Assembly: GCF_009914755.1 (NCBI RefSeq)
Contig: NC_060927.1
DNA from: the human T2T-CHM13v2.0 reference genome, Homo sapiens
Reading direction: 5' to 3' (one strand)
Length of the DNA: 64,000 nt
Part shown: in pieces, positions 1-16,163 of the stretch
Numbering within the stretch: the first letter of the stretch is position 1
Layout: every line of letters begins with the position of its first letter
The notes under the pieces: model-generated
The model's input: the letters and a program-made list of their open reading frames with translations, nothing else
The model's database searches: none
Told to the model about the DNA's origin: nothing
Translations under genes and position numbers: made by a program

Positions 1-787
1 AATTATCCTAAATAGCTGAACACAATTAAAACATCTTACATGCAGGAAGTGTCATACATAGTATGTTATTTTTTTTTTCTCTTGACTCACTGTCCTTGGT
101 CTCTATCAGAAGGAGTTAGAGACTGACTCAGTTTGAATGGAATCAGGGAATTTCCAGCTTTCAAGTGACCACTGGCTCAGGGGCCACCTACAACAATTCC
201 TTTCTGATATTAATCTCATTTTCAGACAATTTCTGCAGTTAGAATTCCCTGAAGCTTATCACCAATAATATAAAGAGCAGCAATGCTGACTCTGATATTT
301 TATACTGCTCAAGGGTCCAAAAGATCTATGCAAGACTGAATTGGAAGATTATATTCAGATTTCTCTGCTTAGAAGATCCCCCACACAGTTTGCCTGACTA
401 CTGTCTACCCATCGTTCGTTAAAATGTGTTTCAGACAGTCATTCAACCTTTCAACCTCTTGATTTTTCCATCTATAAAACATGGATGATTATAATAGACA
501 ATAAATGTGAATAATAATAGTACCTCCCTATTATCAGTTTCAGCACATAGAAAGTACATATTACTCCTGAGTTCTCAGATTAAATCATTGCTTATTCAGG
601 GGCCCTGAACAGCATTTTTCACTTTTCTCACAATTTGTAATTAAGTATTACGAGTTTCGTAGCTTAATATCATTTTCCTTTATTAAGCCATACATTTCAT
701 GAAGATATACAGGGATCGTGCTTGTTTTGTGCCTAGCATACTGCTTACACACAGAGAATGCTGAGTGAATGAATGAGTGATGAATGA

Positions 788-1093
<306 letters not shown>

Positions 1094-2938
1094 TCCTTTG
1101 CCTTTCTTTTGCCACAACCAGATAGTGTTTTTTACAGTTGCCTGATAAATTCATTCATGCTAGAGTCCTAGAGACCCTTTGTTTAGATCACAAGAGAGAC
1201 TGCATGGAAAATAATTTTCTAAAAATAACTGCAAACTACTATGCAACTAATTGATGCTATTACTACCATCTGCGCATTAAAAGAGAGTAGACTGCCTGCA
1301 ACCCACAGAAACAGCAACTCAGTGGGCTCAGGGACCAGCCCAAGGGGTGGTGAGGAAGTTTTCTGGGAGCTCAGAGCTCCCAGCTCTGAGCTGTTAGGTA
1401 CTACAAAACAACCTCCTAAAATTCTGCCAGGTGTGAGGCTATTATGCCTGAGAACCAGACTTTCCCTAACCACAGGAACTTGTTCTGTTGCTACAAACAT
1501 CCACTTCACGTTCTTCCCTCAGGCACCTTCTTTAGCTTGTCTCACCCTGCTGCTGCTCCTTCCTCTCCCACATTCTACTGTTTTAGAGTATAGTTTAAAC
1601 TACCTGCTCTGACTGTGGATCCTTAAATCCGCTTGCACCTTTTTTGCTCTTCTGTCTCTCAGAAAGAAATTAAATGCAGGCGGGACCTGCTTTTAGGTAC
1701 TTAGATACCCCCAACAGATCAAAATCCTGATTGTTTTTACATGATGAAAGAGTTTTTCAATAAAATTTACAGCAGCAATTCTTTAAGTAACACCTGCTCA
1801 TTAGTGCATTTTAAATCTGATTTGATTAATAAATGTTTAAGGTATGCACAAATTTGCAAAGAAACACTTATTGTGCATAACCAGTACCTTCAACTATCCT
1901 GTCAGTTCATATGATAACATTCACAAAAGTCAGCTTCTACAGCTTATGGGGCAATCTAAATAGTGGGAAAAAAATGAGAAAATATTGTTTTGTGTATACA
2001 TCATCAAAATGAACAATCTTAAACCAGTAGGACTGGTGAATTTTAAGACAGAGAGAGCCACAAAACTCAATCCAGAGAGATACTGTCTTTTTCCTTCTTC
2101 CTGCTTTAAAATTCAGCAAGCTGTAGCCAATCTGCTAATCACATAGAAATCTAAATCCCTCCTGTGGAAAAAATAAACATGGGCACAACTCGAATAAGTT
2201 CCATGTGTAAAATCCCTTTGGCTAATTTACACAAGCAACTTCCTTTACACAGTTTGGGAAAAGTCAGCTATAAAACTGTCTTCTTCTCCTTCCTAACTAC
2301 ACTCTTGTTCTAACCTTATGTAATTCTCATGAAGGGAGCTTAAATAATCATCCTTCATATTGATTTTAGCAAGTACAATGAGAAAACACCCATTTTCTAT
2401 TTGCTACATAGGTCTGCCCTCTGTGGGTAAGAGAGCAAACTTCTCAGAGAGTCTCTTATTGAAAGGTTAGATTTTGCTGGACCAACATGTGTACAGTTTC
2501 ATGATCCCTTTACTTGCAAATTTTAAAGAGGCTTCTTTCTTTTTTTTTTTTCTTTTGATCTTTAGTCCCAAGTGAATGAGCAGATTTCTGGTCTAATTCT
2601 AACATTATGCCATTGCAGAGAGGAAAGATTATTGCAATAAGAAGAAAGTATGCTACTTACTGGCCTTAAGTACGTTCAAGTAAAACTGATTCCTTCAAGA
2701 ATAATAATCTAATAAATTTGCAGTTCTAAAACTTTTGCAAGTAGTTACTAACTTGAAAGTCTGACAAAAATATAAAGTCATAAGAGAAACATTTTAAGAC
2801 CTGATAGAAGTCAGAGATAACCCTGCCATGCTTAATATTTTGAACACATAGAAGTTTATATTCTGTATTTTCCATGTTTACATTTCTTTTGAAGAAAAGG
2901 AAAATAACTTTATAAAACCTGATGTTTAATAGTCTCTT

Positions 2939-3230
2939 TGGGCAGTGGCTCATGACTGTAATCCCAGCACTTTGGGAAGCTGAGGAGTGTCAATCACTTG
3001 TGCCCAGGAGTTCGAGACCAGCCTGGGCAACATGGTGAAACCTCGTCTCTATTAAAAATTGGAAAAAAAAAAAAGCCAGGAGTGGGCATGTGCCTGTAGT
3101 CCTAGTGACTAGGGAGGCTGAGGTGGGAGAATGGCTTGAGCCTGGGAGGCGGAGGTTGCAGTAAACTGAGATGGCCCCCCTGTACTCCAGCCTGGGTGAC
3201 AGTGAGAACATGTCTCAAGTAAAAAAAAAA
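2939..3230 (+). mobile_element. Alu (AluJ-like)
   Basis: Both arms, A-rich linker and polyA tail. Confidence 0.95.
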
Positions 3231-3539
3231 GTTCCTTTAAAACACAACTAACTTTTTCATGTTATTCTCCATATATATTCTCCCTTTATATTCACAAAAC
3301 CCTATGCATGGGTAAGACAATTATTATACAACATCCGTGTGTTTCTGATATGCAAATACAAACTCAGTAGGCTCAATGACCAGCCCATGGTCATCCGTCC
3401 ACAACATGGGAACCCTGGGATTGATATTCATGTCTTGTACTACCCTAATTCCTTTTCGACTTCTTTACTTCTTCAACAGGGTGTTATGATGTAAGTTATA
3501 TATATATATAAAAATGTTATCTATAATAATGTATTATAT

Positions 3540-4148
3540 ATATATTATTTAAGTTCTGGGCTAAATGTGCAGAATGTGCAGGTTTGTTACATAGATATAT
3601 ACATGTGTCATGGTGGTTTGCTACACCTACCACCCCATCATCTAGGTTTTAAGCCCTGCATGCATTACATATTTGTCCTAATGCTCTCTCTCCCCTTGCC
3701 CCCCACCCCCTGACTGGTCCCAGTGTGTGATGTTCCCCTCCCTGTGTCCATGTGTTGTCACTGTTCAACTCCCACTTATGAGTGAGAACATGTGGTGTTT
3801 GGTTTTCTGTTCCTGGGTTAGTTTGCTGAGAAGGATGGTTTCCAGCTCCATCCATGTCCCTGCAAAGGACATGAACTCATTCTCTTTTTATGGCTGCACA
3901 GTATTCCATGGTGTATATTGCCACATTTTCTTTATCTAGTCTATTATTGATGGGCATTTGGGTTGGTTCCACGTCTTTGCTATAGTAAATAGTGTTGCAA
4001 TAAACATATGTGTGCGTGTGTCTTTATAGTAAAATGATTTATAACCCTTTGGGTGTATAACCAGTAACGAGATTACTGGGTCAAATGGTGTCTCTGGTTC
4101 TGGACCCTGGAGGAATTGACACACTGTCTTCCACAATGGTTGAACTAG
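3540..4148 (-). mobile_element. L1PA 3' end (5'-truncated)
   Basis: L1PA 3'UTR/ORF2 end, e.g. cccacttatgagtgagaacatgtggtgtttggttttctg. Confidence 0.93.
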
Positions 4149-4712
4149 ATATTAATATTTAATCAACCTGCCAGATATAGCTTCTGGAAACATATTTGAA
4201 TACCTATTTCCAGAAGACAGAATTTAAAGTTTCAAATAAATATAAGATAATGGACCCTTTAGAAAATTTAGAAACCGGTAAAAGAAATGAAGGTAATGTG
4301 TAGTTATATTCCATTTACGTAGTAGATGGAAAGTGATGCACAACAGAAACAGAAGATAAGGCAAGCCAGGTTATTCATAGAAAATATAAAACTGGCTGAG
4401 GAAATTTTGAATTTACGTAAAGACACAGAATACCAAAATGCACATGTAAACATGCAAAAAAAAATGGTTCTTGAAGGAATATAAAGTGCGGAGGGTAATA
4501 TATAAACATTGAGGATGAAGAAAGTATGTGAGAACAAAATAATGTATTTTGAGACTGTTAATGGACTGAATATTTGTGTCCCCTGAATTTGTGCAGTGAA
4601 TCTCTAATCTCCAAGGAGGCAGAATTTGGAGATCTGGCCTCTAAGGAAACAATTAAAGTTAAATGGATTTATAAGGGTGGTGCCCTCATCTGATAGGATT
4701 AATGTTCTAGTG

Positions 4713-5370
<658 letters not shown>

Positions 5371-5621
5371 TCTAGCATTCTTATAAGGAGAGATGTGGGA
5401 GTGCTGGCTTGAATGCTCACGTGCTCTCTCTCTCTCTTTCTCTGCCTTCCCCCCTACCCCTCAGAAAAATACATACACACACAAAAGAAGTCATGTGAAC
5501 ACATAGTCAGAAGGTGAGAAGCTGGCCATCCACAAGCCAGGAAGAATGCTTTCACCAAAAACTGAATTTACCAGCATCTTGATCTTGGACTCTCCAGTTT
5601 CCAGAACTGTGAGAAAATACA

Positions 5622-5880
5622 TTTTTTTTTCATTATTTGAGTATATTAATGTGTTAGCTATAGCATATCATATAACATGTAAAACATAGTCTATAGAAGC
5701 ATTGTATACTAAAATATAGATGGTATATTAGCATGTTGTAAAAACTAGTATTTTTTTTTTTATCTTCTTTTACATTTTTTATTTTAGTTTCGGGGGTACA
5801 TGCGCAGGTTTGTTATATGGGTTTATCAGGTAATACTGGGGTTTGGGTTTCTGTTGAACACATCACACAAATAGTGAACC
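5622..5880 (-). mobile_element. Short L1 (L1PA16/L1PB-like) 3' end with probable 3' transduction
   Basis: L1 terminus at 5762-5880, two polyA tracts, TSD agaaaatacattt/agaaaacacattt. Confidence 0.7.
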
Positions 5881-6605
5881 AGAAAACACATTTCTGTTTA
5901 CTGATGACTTCTTTATTTTTGAAACGACCCAATCTGTGGTATTTTGTTACAGCAGCTAGAGTAGACAGAGGCTGCAGTTGTGTTTGATACTAAGCTTTAG
6001 GTTTACTTAAAATACAAGTTCTAACACTTTCATTTAAAAATCTGTTCCATATTTGTAACTACCAAGAAGTAAAGCTAATGATGTCTACTTAAATGTATTT
6101 CATGCTTGAAGTATCTATTTCATTGTTAATATGTAAAACACGTTTTTTTTTTCCTTATGTGTAATCTGTGTGTCTCTTGAGGGGGTTCCTTGTCTACCCA
6201 TTATTCCTTCACTTTGCCTTATTTCTGACCCAGAATGTATGCAGCAGATGAACTAATGTATTAATCTCTTTTACAAGACTTTGAAGACTGCCCTAATTCT
6301 AAACAGCTTCAATAAAATGGGGCTAACACTTCACAAATGTTTCTCTATTATCACACCTAGCAAGCATAGCTAGTCAACAAGCTGTGCTCCTCAGATACAC
6401 ACAGAAAAACTGAAATTCTACAGAGAACAATAAATAAATTTTTAAAATACTGAGCCACTGAAACTCTGCCATTTTCATAAAATTATGGAATTGTATCTGA
6501 TCTTTAGTATTTGTAATAGGATAGCCTTCAGCTTATTTGACAAAGATCCTCTGAAGTGAATTTATTGTGTGCAATTTATTCTAGACCATGAATGAATTAA
6601 CTTAC

Positions 6606-6744
6606 CTTTGAGCCTTTCTTGGATATGAAGCCAAAAGGGAACATAGCCATTTAAGGATCTTAGTTCAATAAAAGCTCCCAAATGCAAAATTCAGCATTCT
6701 GGGTCACTATGTGGATTTAAAACATCCCTTGGGGACCTTTAGAT
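6606..6744 (-). pseudogene. Candidate 139-nt exon
   Basis: Acceptor tgattgctttatag| and donor AAG|GTAAGT; best frame RSPRDVLNPHSDPEC*ILHLGAFIELRSLNGYVPFWLHIQERLK. Confidence 0.45.
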
Positions 6745-9287
6745 CTATAAAGCAATCAGCTGATTACTGTTATCCATTTATGCTATTTTCCTTCATGCAT
6801 CTGGGGTTTTAATTGGCTTTTTATCTTGTATTGACTATTTGATAGGACCATAATTGTTATTTTTTAATTTAGTAATTGTATCATAAGATTCTATTAAAAG
6901 CAAATTTCAGTTAACTGCATAAGAACTACATAGAAAAGTGATGGGAATGAAAAGGGCATTTTAAAAAGTGGAGCAAAAGATAAAGTATCAGTCATGGAAC
7001 CTCTTAAGAGTGAAATTCGGAGTTCCTTCCTTTAGTGTATAGAGGCTGGTGTTTCAGCTGAATTTATCACCCAATTCCTATAACAGTTTCAAATATATTA
7101 GTCTCTTATGAAATATGTAAATGAATATCTAGTTAAAATTCTGAAAATAATTTCACAGACACCTGGATAGAAAATATAATAAATATTCTTAGAGCTCAGA
7201 CATTCTTTCACATGAATATGTTTTAAAATAGAATGATAGGTATATGGTTGAAAATACAGACTCTAACTCTCTCTTCTTTAGAAAGAGGAAATCTCCCCTC
7301 AAGCTACTTAATGACATTGACCAATGAATATGTGATTAATTCTTAAAAAGAAGAAAAACTGATATCTGTTTTTTTATTTCATTTATTTGGAGAGGGCAAT
7401 CATTAAAATGCAAAAAACTTTGGTTTAATTTGATAATATATTTGAACCATAAGATATGTGCATATTTTAAATAGCCATGCTTAAAAAGGATTAGTTGCCA
7501 TATAAGCTGACATTTGCTACAAGCATTGACCACATGTAAAATACTTTAATGGTTATGCTATTTACTTTCAGTACTTAGTCTTTTGTAGAAATGCTGCATT
7601 TCAAAATCAAGATTGTTTTATTTTTGCCATTCAAAAAAATTCTATATTCTAGAAGTTATTCTTGCTTGACTAAGTTGGAATAATAGTTGGGCTTGTATTC
7701 CATTTTTTTTCTAATTCATATTAACTAAATTAATACAATCAGACTTTAGCTCTAGGCAAAGGACTTTAGCATATGTGTTTTTATTCTTACTGAATGTACT
7801 TAAGTTTTCTCAATAAAATTTTGCATTTGTCCATCCTTTTACTTATTTATTCAACGTTTATTTATTCAGTGCCAGCCATGTACAAAACATAGTTCTAAAA
7901 AATCACAGGAAGACAAACTTTGTGTCTTCAAATCTACTATGGAAAATCAGGTAGTCAACAAACACCCACATTATAAAGGAGGGTGAATCAAATGGCTTAA
8001 CTGGATTTGAATCTAGAGAGATATGGGAAAGATGCCTCTTATTTGGAGATTCATAAGAAATCTCACAGTGTTCTGTGGATTGTGAAGACATACAGATTGG
8101 CAACTCAATAGTTAGATGAGAAAAAGATAGACAGAGTTGGGAAGAGGAGGAAGGGCAAGCAAGAGGTGCTAGAAAAACTGAGTCTACTATGGCATGGACT
8201 CCAGAAAATGACCAGCAGCCCAAGGGGACGGATGGAAATTGATACTTCTTAATGTATGATGGGATTTTTACTATTCATTAGACAGAGGAGTGGACATCCA
8301 TGCCAGTTCCAGAGCAATAGCAAAAGGCCCAGTAAGGAAAATATCTGTGTGTTAATTCTAATGCTCAGAGTTGAAATAGTCACCAGCCAGTGGCCCTGAA
8401 GATAATTACATACTCTATTTCCTGCAGATAAATTCGATGCTTCTCAGGGCCCCAGCCAAGGTTGCATTTCAGATGATGGCCAGGAAAGAAGTTTCCAAGG
8501 GGACCTTAGTCAAGTGTACTGGAAATATCCCTGGAGGAGATGAGAAAACTAATATCTGTAGACAGGTCAATGGAATAGCAATGAACTCAGTCCTCGCTAT
8601 ATTAACAATGTTAAGATTTTGAAGAGTAGGAAACAAAAGCTGAGAGAAATTAGGTTAACTGCTTAATATACACGCTACCAGAAAATGATACAATTAGATC
8701 TTAAACCTGTTCTGGGCAACAAAAGGCTTGAGTTTAAAGTCTAGTTTTATCATTTCCTAGTTGTGTGACATTGAGCAATTAGCTTAGACCAGGTTTGGGT
8801 CTGAGTACCACGAACATGCCCAGAAATTAGAGGCCAGGTGATATCCACAGGACTGAAGGATTTTTCTTGCTGTGGTAGTCAGTATCTACATTGTACATCA
8901 TTTCCAATCCGTGTAACCTAACTAAGCTTAAATAACTAAAGTGTGCTATGTGAATATATTGCTGCATTATTTACAATATTTTGAAAACCTCTTAATTTTT
9001 GAGTTTACACAATTCATTTTTGAGCCATTCAACCCATTGGAAATCATGTGAAAATTACACAAATTGCCTTATTTCCCAAACCTCTTCATACTTTATGACA
9101 CTACTCACATCTAGTTACTAACGCAGGGTCAGGTGGAGGCTAGCATTAGGACTAGGCATCTACAATGCTTGTTTTCAGAAGTCTTTGTCCCTTAAGATCT
9201 TTCTTTTATGTTTTATGAATAATTCTAATTCCATAATTTAAATATATTCATCTCTTCTGTGTTAGAATGAAAATACACGATGGGTAG

Positions 9288-9640
9288 TGATATGGTTTGG
9301 CTGTGTCTCCACCCAAATCTTGTCTAAATTGTAGCTATCGCAATTCCCATGTGTTGTGGGAGGGACCTGGTGTGAGGTAATTGAATCATGGGGGCAGGTC
9401 TTCCCTGTGCTGTTCTTGTGATAGTGAGTAAGTCTCAGAAGATTTGATGGTTTTATTTCCCTGAACACGCTTTCTTGCCTGCCACCATGTAAGTTGTGCC
9501 TTTGCTCCTCATTCACTTTCCACCATGATCGTGAGGCCTCCCCAGCCATGTAGAACTGTGAGTCAATTAACCCTCTTTCCTTTATAAGTTACACAGTCTT
9601 GGGTATATCTTTATTAGCAGCAAGAGAACAGACTAATACA
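9288..9640 (+). mobile_element. THE1 (THE1B-like) solo LTR
   Basis: tgatatggtttggctgtgt...gactaataca with 5-bp TSD ggtag on both sides. Confidence 0.93.
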
Positions 9641-10376
9641 GGTAGTATTTTAAAGGTAGTAAAAAGGAGTTTGATAGTCCTTTTCAAACTTATCTTTGAG
9701 GAGAGCATTTGATAGGAAGGAATGAATAAAGAGATTGTCTCCAAGGAAACCAAGAAAATAACAAGATGTAAGGTTTCTTCTCCTACCACTTCAACTTTCA
9801 CTTATATAACAATAGAAACACATACATGCAACCACAGTACTGTTTGGGGGAAATAAAAATATATAATTAGATAATTAAGCAAATATATAGCAGAGCTCTG
9901 AAACAGTAAAGGAATTAAAAAGTGAACAGCCGAAGAAGGCAAGTTTTTCAAGCCACTGAGAAACATAACACCTACTTATTGTATTTGTGGTCTTTAAAAA
10001 AATACATTATTTTCATCTTTATATTGTGACCCCCCTAATTTATTAAAAAAGAAAAAAAGACACACAATTCTTTCAAATACATGTCAAGCCATATTTAAAG
10101 ATGTTATTTAATCTGTTGCCAGAGTATTAAAAAGTTCATTATTCTGACACCTAAAGTGTTCTGGCATAAATTAAAAATTTAACAGCTTTTCTCCAATAAT
10201 TTCTTGACAGAATATTACATTTTACAAATAATACAATCCTGCCAAATATCTTTGAGGAAACAGCAAGGGGATTTAAATGTTCTACTTCTACAATTATTTG
10301 AATATGAAATGATTTTTAGTAGTAGTTGGAGATCTAATTGAGCGATGAACAGAAAAACCATTTCAGAACCACTTAC

Positions 10377-10546
10377 CATTAATAGAATTGCACCTCCTTT
10401 ATTGTAAAATATTACCCTCCACTTTATTTCTAAATAATTTATTCGATGTAGTTTTTGCCTAATATTTATGTTTATCCTCTTCATTATACCCTGTGTCATA
10501 TGTTATTTTGACCGCATTTTCACTTTGTAATTCATCAGAGTTTGCA
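10377..10546 (-). pseudogene. Candidate 170-nt exon
   Basis: Branch-like ctaat, acceptor cacctttctccgttag| and donor ATG|GTAAGT; ANSDELQSENAVKITYDTGYNEEDKHKY*... Confidence 0.5.
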
Positions 10547-11015
10547 CTAACGGAGAAAGGTGGTCATTAGGGACAGCCAAGAACTGTTCCTGCTGTATCT
10601 CTCTAGCTAGAGCCTAACTGCTCATGTTTTGTGCATTCCAGCCACCCTTTACTGTCCACTTAATTTCATATGTGAGTGATACGGTCGTGCTAGCAGATCA
10701 GAGAAGATAAACCTAAAACTATTTTGAATGTTTACAACTTGATAATCCAAATTGTACACAAAGGACTTGACTATCTTAATTAAGCAGATGAGCAGACTTT
10801 GCATGACAAAGGTAAAACACTGATTAATTGGAATGGCAGTCCTCATGTTCTTGCTCATGCAAGTCCCTCAACACCCCGCCAACCTCTGCCCCCACCACTG
10901 TCCCTTTTTAACCTCCAATATATATATACTCAATATTTTTATTACAGAGAAAGCAAATATTTGATGTTCTTTTAAGTTATGCATTTAAGGAACATACTAA
11001 ATCTCTCTTATGGTC

Positions 11016-11016
11016 A

Positions 11017-11047
<31 letters not shown>

Positions 11048-11088
11048 ACACATTCTCTCTCTCTTTCTCTCTCTCTCTGTCTCTCTCT
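11016..11088. repeat. (CT)n microsatellite
   Basis: Seen directly. Confidence 0.9.
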
Positions 11089-11699
11089 GCTCTGTCCACT
11101 TTAGGCCTTAACCAGGGCTTGCGTAATAGCCATTCAGAACTAACTAGTCTGGGAAACTCTCTTTTCCCTCGGTGCCAGCCTCCTGCATGGGCCTGTCTCC
11201 CTGTCCCCCATGCTGTGGTGCCTCCAGCACGTTTGCCTTCCTGGCAGCATTTTCTATTCAGCATTCTCCCCACCCTGTCAAAACTTACTGCTGCTGTGCT
11301 TTAATCCCTCAAGGTGTTGTTCTTTGTTTATCTTATCCATAAATTCATGTGATAGGATGTAGAATCCATGACTGCTTCATATAGATAAACTATTTGTATT
11401 TTGGCAAGAGTTTATTAAATTTTACTCTCAAACATGGATAAATAGTTTATTTAGCTCTTCCAATCTTTTTCCCTGTAAAATTATGTTATTTCTTGAAACT
11501 AAGTATAGGCTCCCTTGAGGGAGTGCTTTTATTATTTTACTGTTTTTAAATTGCATACATTAAGCTTTATATTTTCACGCCTTTACACCTTATATGCTCA
11601 GAAGAGAAGTAAACTTTTCCAAGAAACAACTATTGGTAATAGACTTTTGCATCTCCCACATCATATAGCATGATGCTTTGGTGTACAAGACAACGAAAG

Positions 11700-11850
11700 A
11701 GCAATGGAGCAGGGAAAGGCTGAGCATCAGTTTCAGCTCCGCCTCTTCCTGTGTAACCCTGAACAAGCAAATCGCCCTGGAGCTTCACATTCCTCATCTG
11801 CAAAGCGAGTTTAATAGTGCCTTTACTAACTAACGGTGAGGTCAGATAGT
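11700..11850 (+). mobile_element. MIR fragment
   Basis: cctgtgtaaccctgaacaag...ttcctcatctgcaaag...taatagtgcct core. Confidence 0.6.
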
Positions 11851-12074
11851 CACAAATGTTTCCCTCTGTGCTCTGAAGACACTATGTCAACATAAGCCGA
11901 ATTGATATAATAGATTCTCCATAAATCATTTAAGTTTTTGGAGGATAAGGTTAGCTAGTGGAACATTACACATGTACACTACACATGTACCTCTAAGTCA
12001 ACTCTTTACAGATAAGGAAAGTGTGGTCTAAAAGAGAGTGAAAATGTATTTCAAGACAAGATACTAAGGCTTGA

Positions 12075-12370
12075 CTGTGGTAGTTATTGCTCTCGATTAC
12101 GTTTCATGCTCTCTCGATGAAATAACGTATTCCATTCTTGCCATGTTTTCACGGCCAGCAGAGTGTAGTTCCTTGCTTCTTTGGGCTTGGTCATGTGGCT
12201 TTCTTTAGCCAGTAGGATGTTAGCAAACTTAACATCAGCACAGGATTAAATGTAATTCTCAGTTTTGGTGTGATCCCTCTTGCTCTTATAATGTCCATGA
12301 GTTCATCATGTCTGGTAGGCATTATCCCTTCAGGTCAGAACCAGAATGAAAAGGTATAAGTATACCTGAT
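12075..12370 (+). mobile_element. Old MLT1 LTR fragment
   Basis: gggcttggtcatgtggctttctttagccagtaggatgttagcaa motif. Confidence 0.55.
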
Positions 12371-12441
12371 GACTGGTGCCAAACCTAAAGATACTTCAAT
12401 TGGATCACGTTAATATACCTTAAAACATAATTTCCACTTAC

Positions 12442-12519
12442 CTTGTGATCTAAAAAACCTTAAGGCTACACTTTTGCACTTACATCGTAATTCACACTGT
12501 AGAATTGTTCATAATGTGG
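12442..12519 (-). pseudogene. Candidate 78-nt exon
   Basis: Acceptor caatattacctttcag| and donor AAG|GTAAGT; stops in all three frames. Confidence 0.4.
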
Positions 12520-12619
12520 CTGAAAGGTAATATTGTAAGATAAGGCTATGTTTGTATTTATTTTTATTAAACATCTAATACTTCCATAGAAATTAATGCC
12601 ATTTACTGTATATTATGCC

Positions 12620-12800
12620 AGTGGCTTTTAAAGTATTGCCACCAGGCGACAAAAATCAGACTCACTTGTATATTTATAGACATATAAAATATTGAGCCCC
12701 ATTGCAGACACACTGAGACCAGAGCACCAGGGGTGAGTTCTGTAATTTGGTTTTAGCAAGCACTCAAGGTGATTTTGATGCATGCTAATGTTTAACCCTG
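12620..12800. mobile_element. MER5-like hAT DNA transposon
   Basis: cagtggctttt...caagcactcaaggtgattttgatgcatgctaatgttt. Confidence 0.6.
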
Positions 12801-13499
12801 TATTATATAACTATTTATTTAATTATTCCTTTACTACAACAGAAATTATGCCCACATGTTCCAATACAAATCATGGTTAGCACTATAATGTGTTCCTACT
12901 TCTTTTGTCTCCTGTAGATTCCTCACATAATTATTCTAACCTTCCAATTTTCTCCATTTCTCAATCTCATTCTATTACTCCATGCATCATGTGATCTCCT
13001 TTCAACTTTCATTGAGAATAAAAGGGAGTTCCTTTCTCTTCCAGGTTTGTCACTGAATATGTTACTTTTACTATACCTACTCTTTACTCTTTTCCTTCAA
13101 TTATAGGAAAGGATTGTCATTTTTCTTTGTAAAACTCTATCTTTCCCAAGATTATACAGTTAATCCCTCTATGCAAGTGGCTAGTATATCCTCTTTTTCC
13201 CTTGTCTGTTCCTCCCAATTTGCAAATGTATAAAATGGGGAAAAATGATCCAGTCTGCTAACTTTCTAGCTACCAAGTCATCAGCACCCATTGCTTTAAT
13301 ATTTCACCATTGACTCAAAATTCTTTGCTATATAATGTCTATCCCTATTATGCTCTTGCAATTTTGAACAATCTCCACTGAGATTCCTGATGAAGATTAT
13401 GGTCACTTTTAGTTTGCATTTTGCTAACCTTTTCTTAGGTTAGCAAAATTTTAATTTAATATGGTAGATTAATATCATAATCTACCATATTATTTGAAA

Positions 13500-14310
<811 letters not shown>

Positions 14311-16163
14311 AATATGAAAATAAAACTATTTTCTATAGCATAATTCTTGGCCATAGTTGTCACTATCACTGTTTTTCCATCCCTGTAAACTGTTGTAACT
14401 TATTCCGCATATATTGAGCTGCCACCTCCTATATGAGTTTTGTTTTATAGCATCATCATTAGCCCTAAAGTCTTACTTAAACTCTAGCCTAGTGTAATGG
14501 AACTGCATTTAGATTATGGTCAGGGTCCAATAACAGGGCTTAAGGCAAATTTGCAGAGTCAACATCATCTTTGAAACTTTATTAGTTTTCCTACAGAAAA
14601 TTCATGTTTTCATATGTAAAATGCTATATATTAATATGTAGGTATATATATATAATTATAGTAATATGCATGTTATCAAGAGCACATATCCCAGATAAAA
14701 TTTTGTACGTCTTTTCAAATTTAATATATTTGAAATGGAACTTAATATTTTCTCCAAATACTCTGACTCCCTATATCCCTACAACCGTATTTTCTCATTT
14801 TTCACAATCATTTTCTAATCTTTAATCCATCTCGTATATTTACTTAGATATCTTTAATCTGCATTTCTACTGCCACCAGTCTAGTCTAGCTGTTATCACC
14901 TAACACCTGAATTATTGAATCTTTCATCAGGGATGAAGATAAAGCACGATCATCAAAACAGATCTTAGATTACACTGGAGAAATAGGTAGCATTTTGAAT
15001 GACACTATCAGGATGCTATACTCCATTCTCTTTTCCTGAACACTGGAAAGTTAGCAATGAATTAAAACTCTCAAAAATAAACTTTATCAAGAATATATTT
15101 TTAAAAAGTGCACTTAATTTTTATAAACCTACTGTACAACTTATAATGTAAAAATCTAGCAAGAAGAAATAGAGGTAGAAATAGTGATGAAGTTATAATG
15201 AAGGAAAAAATCAATGAGTGTATCTGGCTAACATATAGAATTTGTGTAGGGAAGCATTTGGAATATAAATTTTCACAGAGGTGACGTGACAAGATATTCA
15301 AGAGTCTTGAATGCTGGGCTAAAGACAGACAACTATTACATTATAATAGATGCTGCTAATTAATTTAAATAATTTTCTGGTGATATAATCTGATAATATT
15401 GAATAAAGCTTTGAGATACAGGGCAGGACCTAATGTTTCCTAGGCTAGATGCTGTTAAAAATTAAGTTGAAGGTATGATTCTTAATAATGGCACTTTTTG
15501 TAACATTTTCTCTTAGACATTTGACCATTGAACTAAATCTCATTACAGTCTCAATTTACATCCTGAAGTTTTTGGCCAATAACTAGTGTTTTTTGATACA
15601 CGATATCTATTTCCTGAAAGTAATCCCTTATTTCTGTATTTATCCTCTATTCTCAATTCCTTGTAATCAACTTTTAGTTGATTTGGAGCATAGGTGGTGA
15701 GGCACATATTTAGATGGTGGTATTTTCCAGGAGGCCTTGGTACTTCAGCTGTTTTCCTCTTACACAGAATCTATCTCCTAAGAAACAGAAAGGGGAAACA
15801 GCTCTGTGGAGGATTCAAGTAACCTTCGACACCAAGGACAGTTGAAAGAGTTGATGCTAATAAACTATGGAAGATATGATTCACATTGAAAAAGAAGAGT
15901 TCTCAATGGGCTGCTGGGGAGAAAAGGAGTTACCTATTAGCAATTCAAAGAGAGCTTCCTATTATACAAATCTTTATATGTAGGTTAATTGCCTGCCAAG
16001 ACTTCCTTTTAAATCAAAGTTAAAGTATGCAAGATCAATGCCACACAATGAAATGTCATTATTTTTGACTACCTGAAATGCTGCATAGAGATTTTGTACT
16101 GATTTTATTCCACTAGGGAGCTGTAAGTATTCTTTTATTTTATTGATTATTATTATTACGATT

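Noticed and set aside
1241-1612. 123-aa plus-strand ORF
   Set aside because: No motif or splice support; the GC-richer stretch is probably an old repeat.
8428-8565. Plus-strand acceptor with open frame
   Set aside because: Isolated, weak donor, no partner exons or recognisable product.
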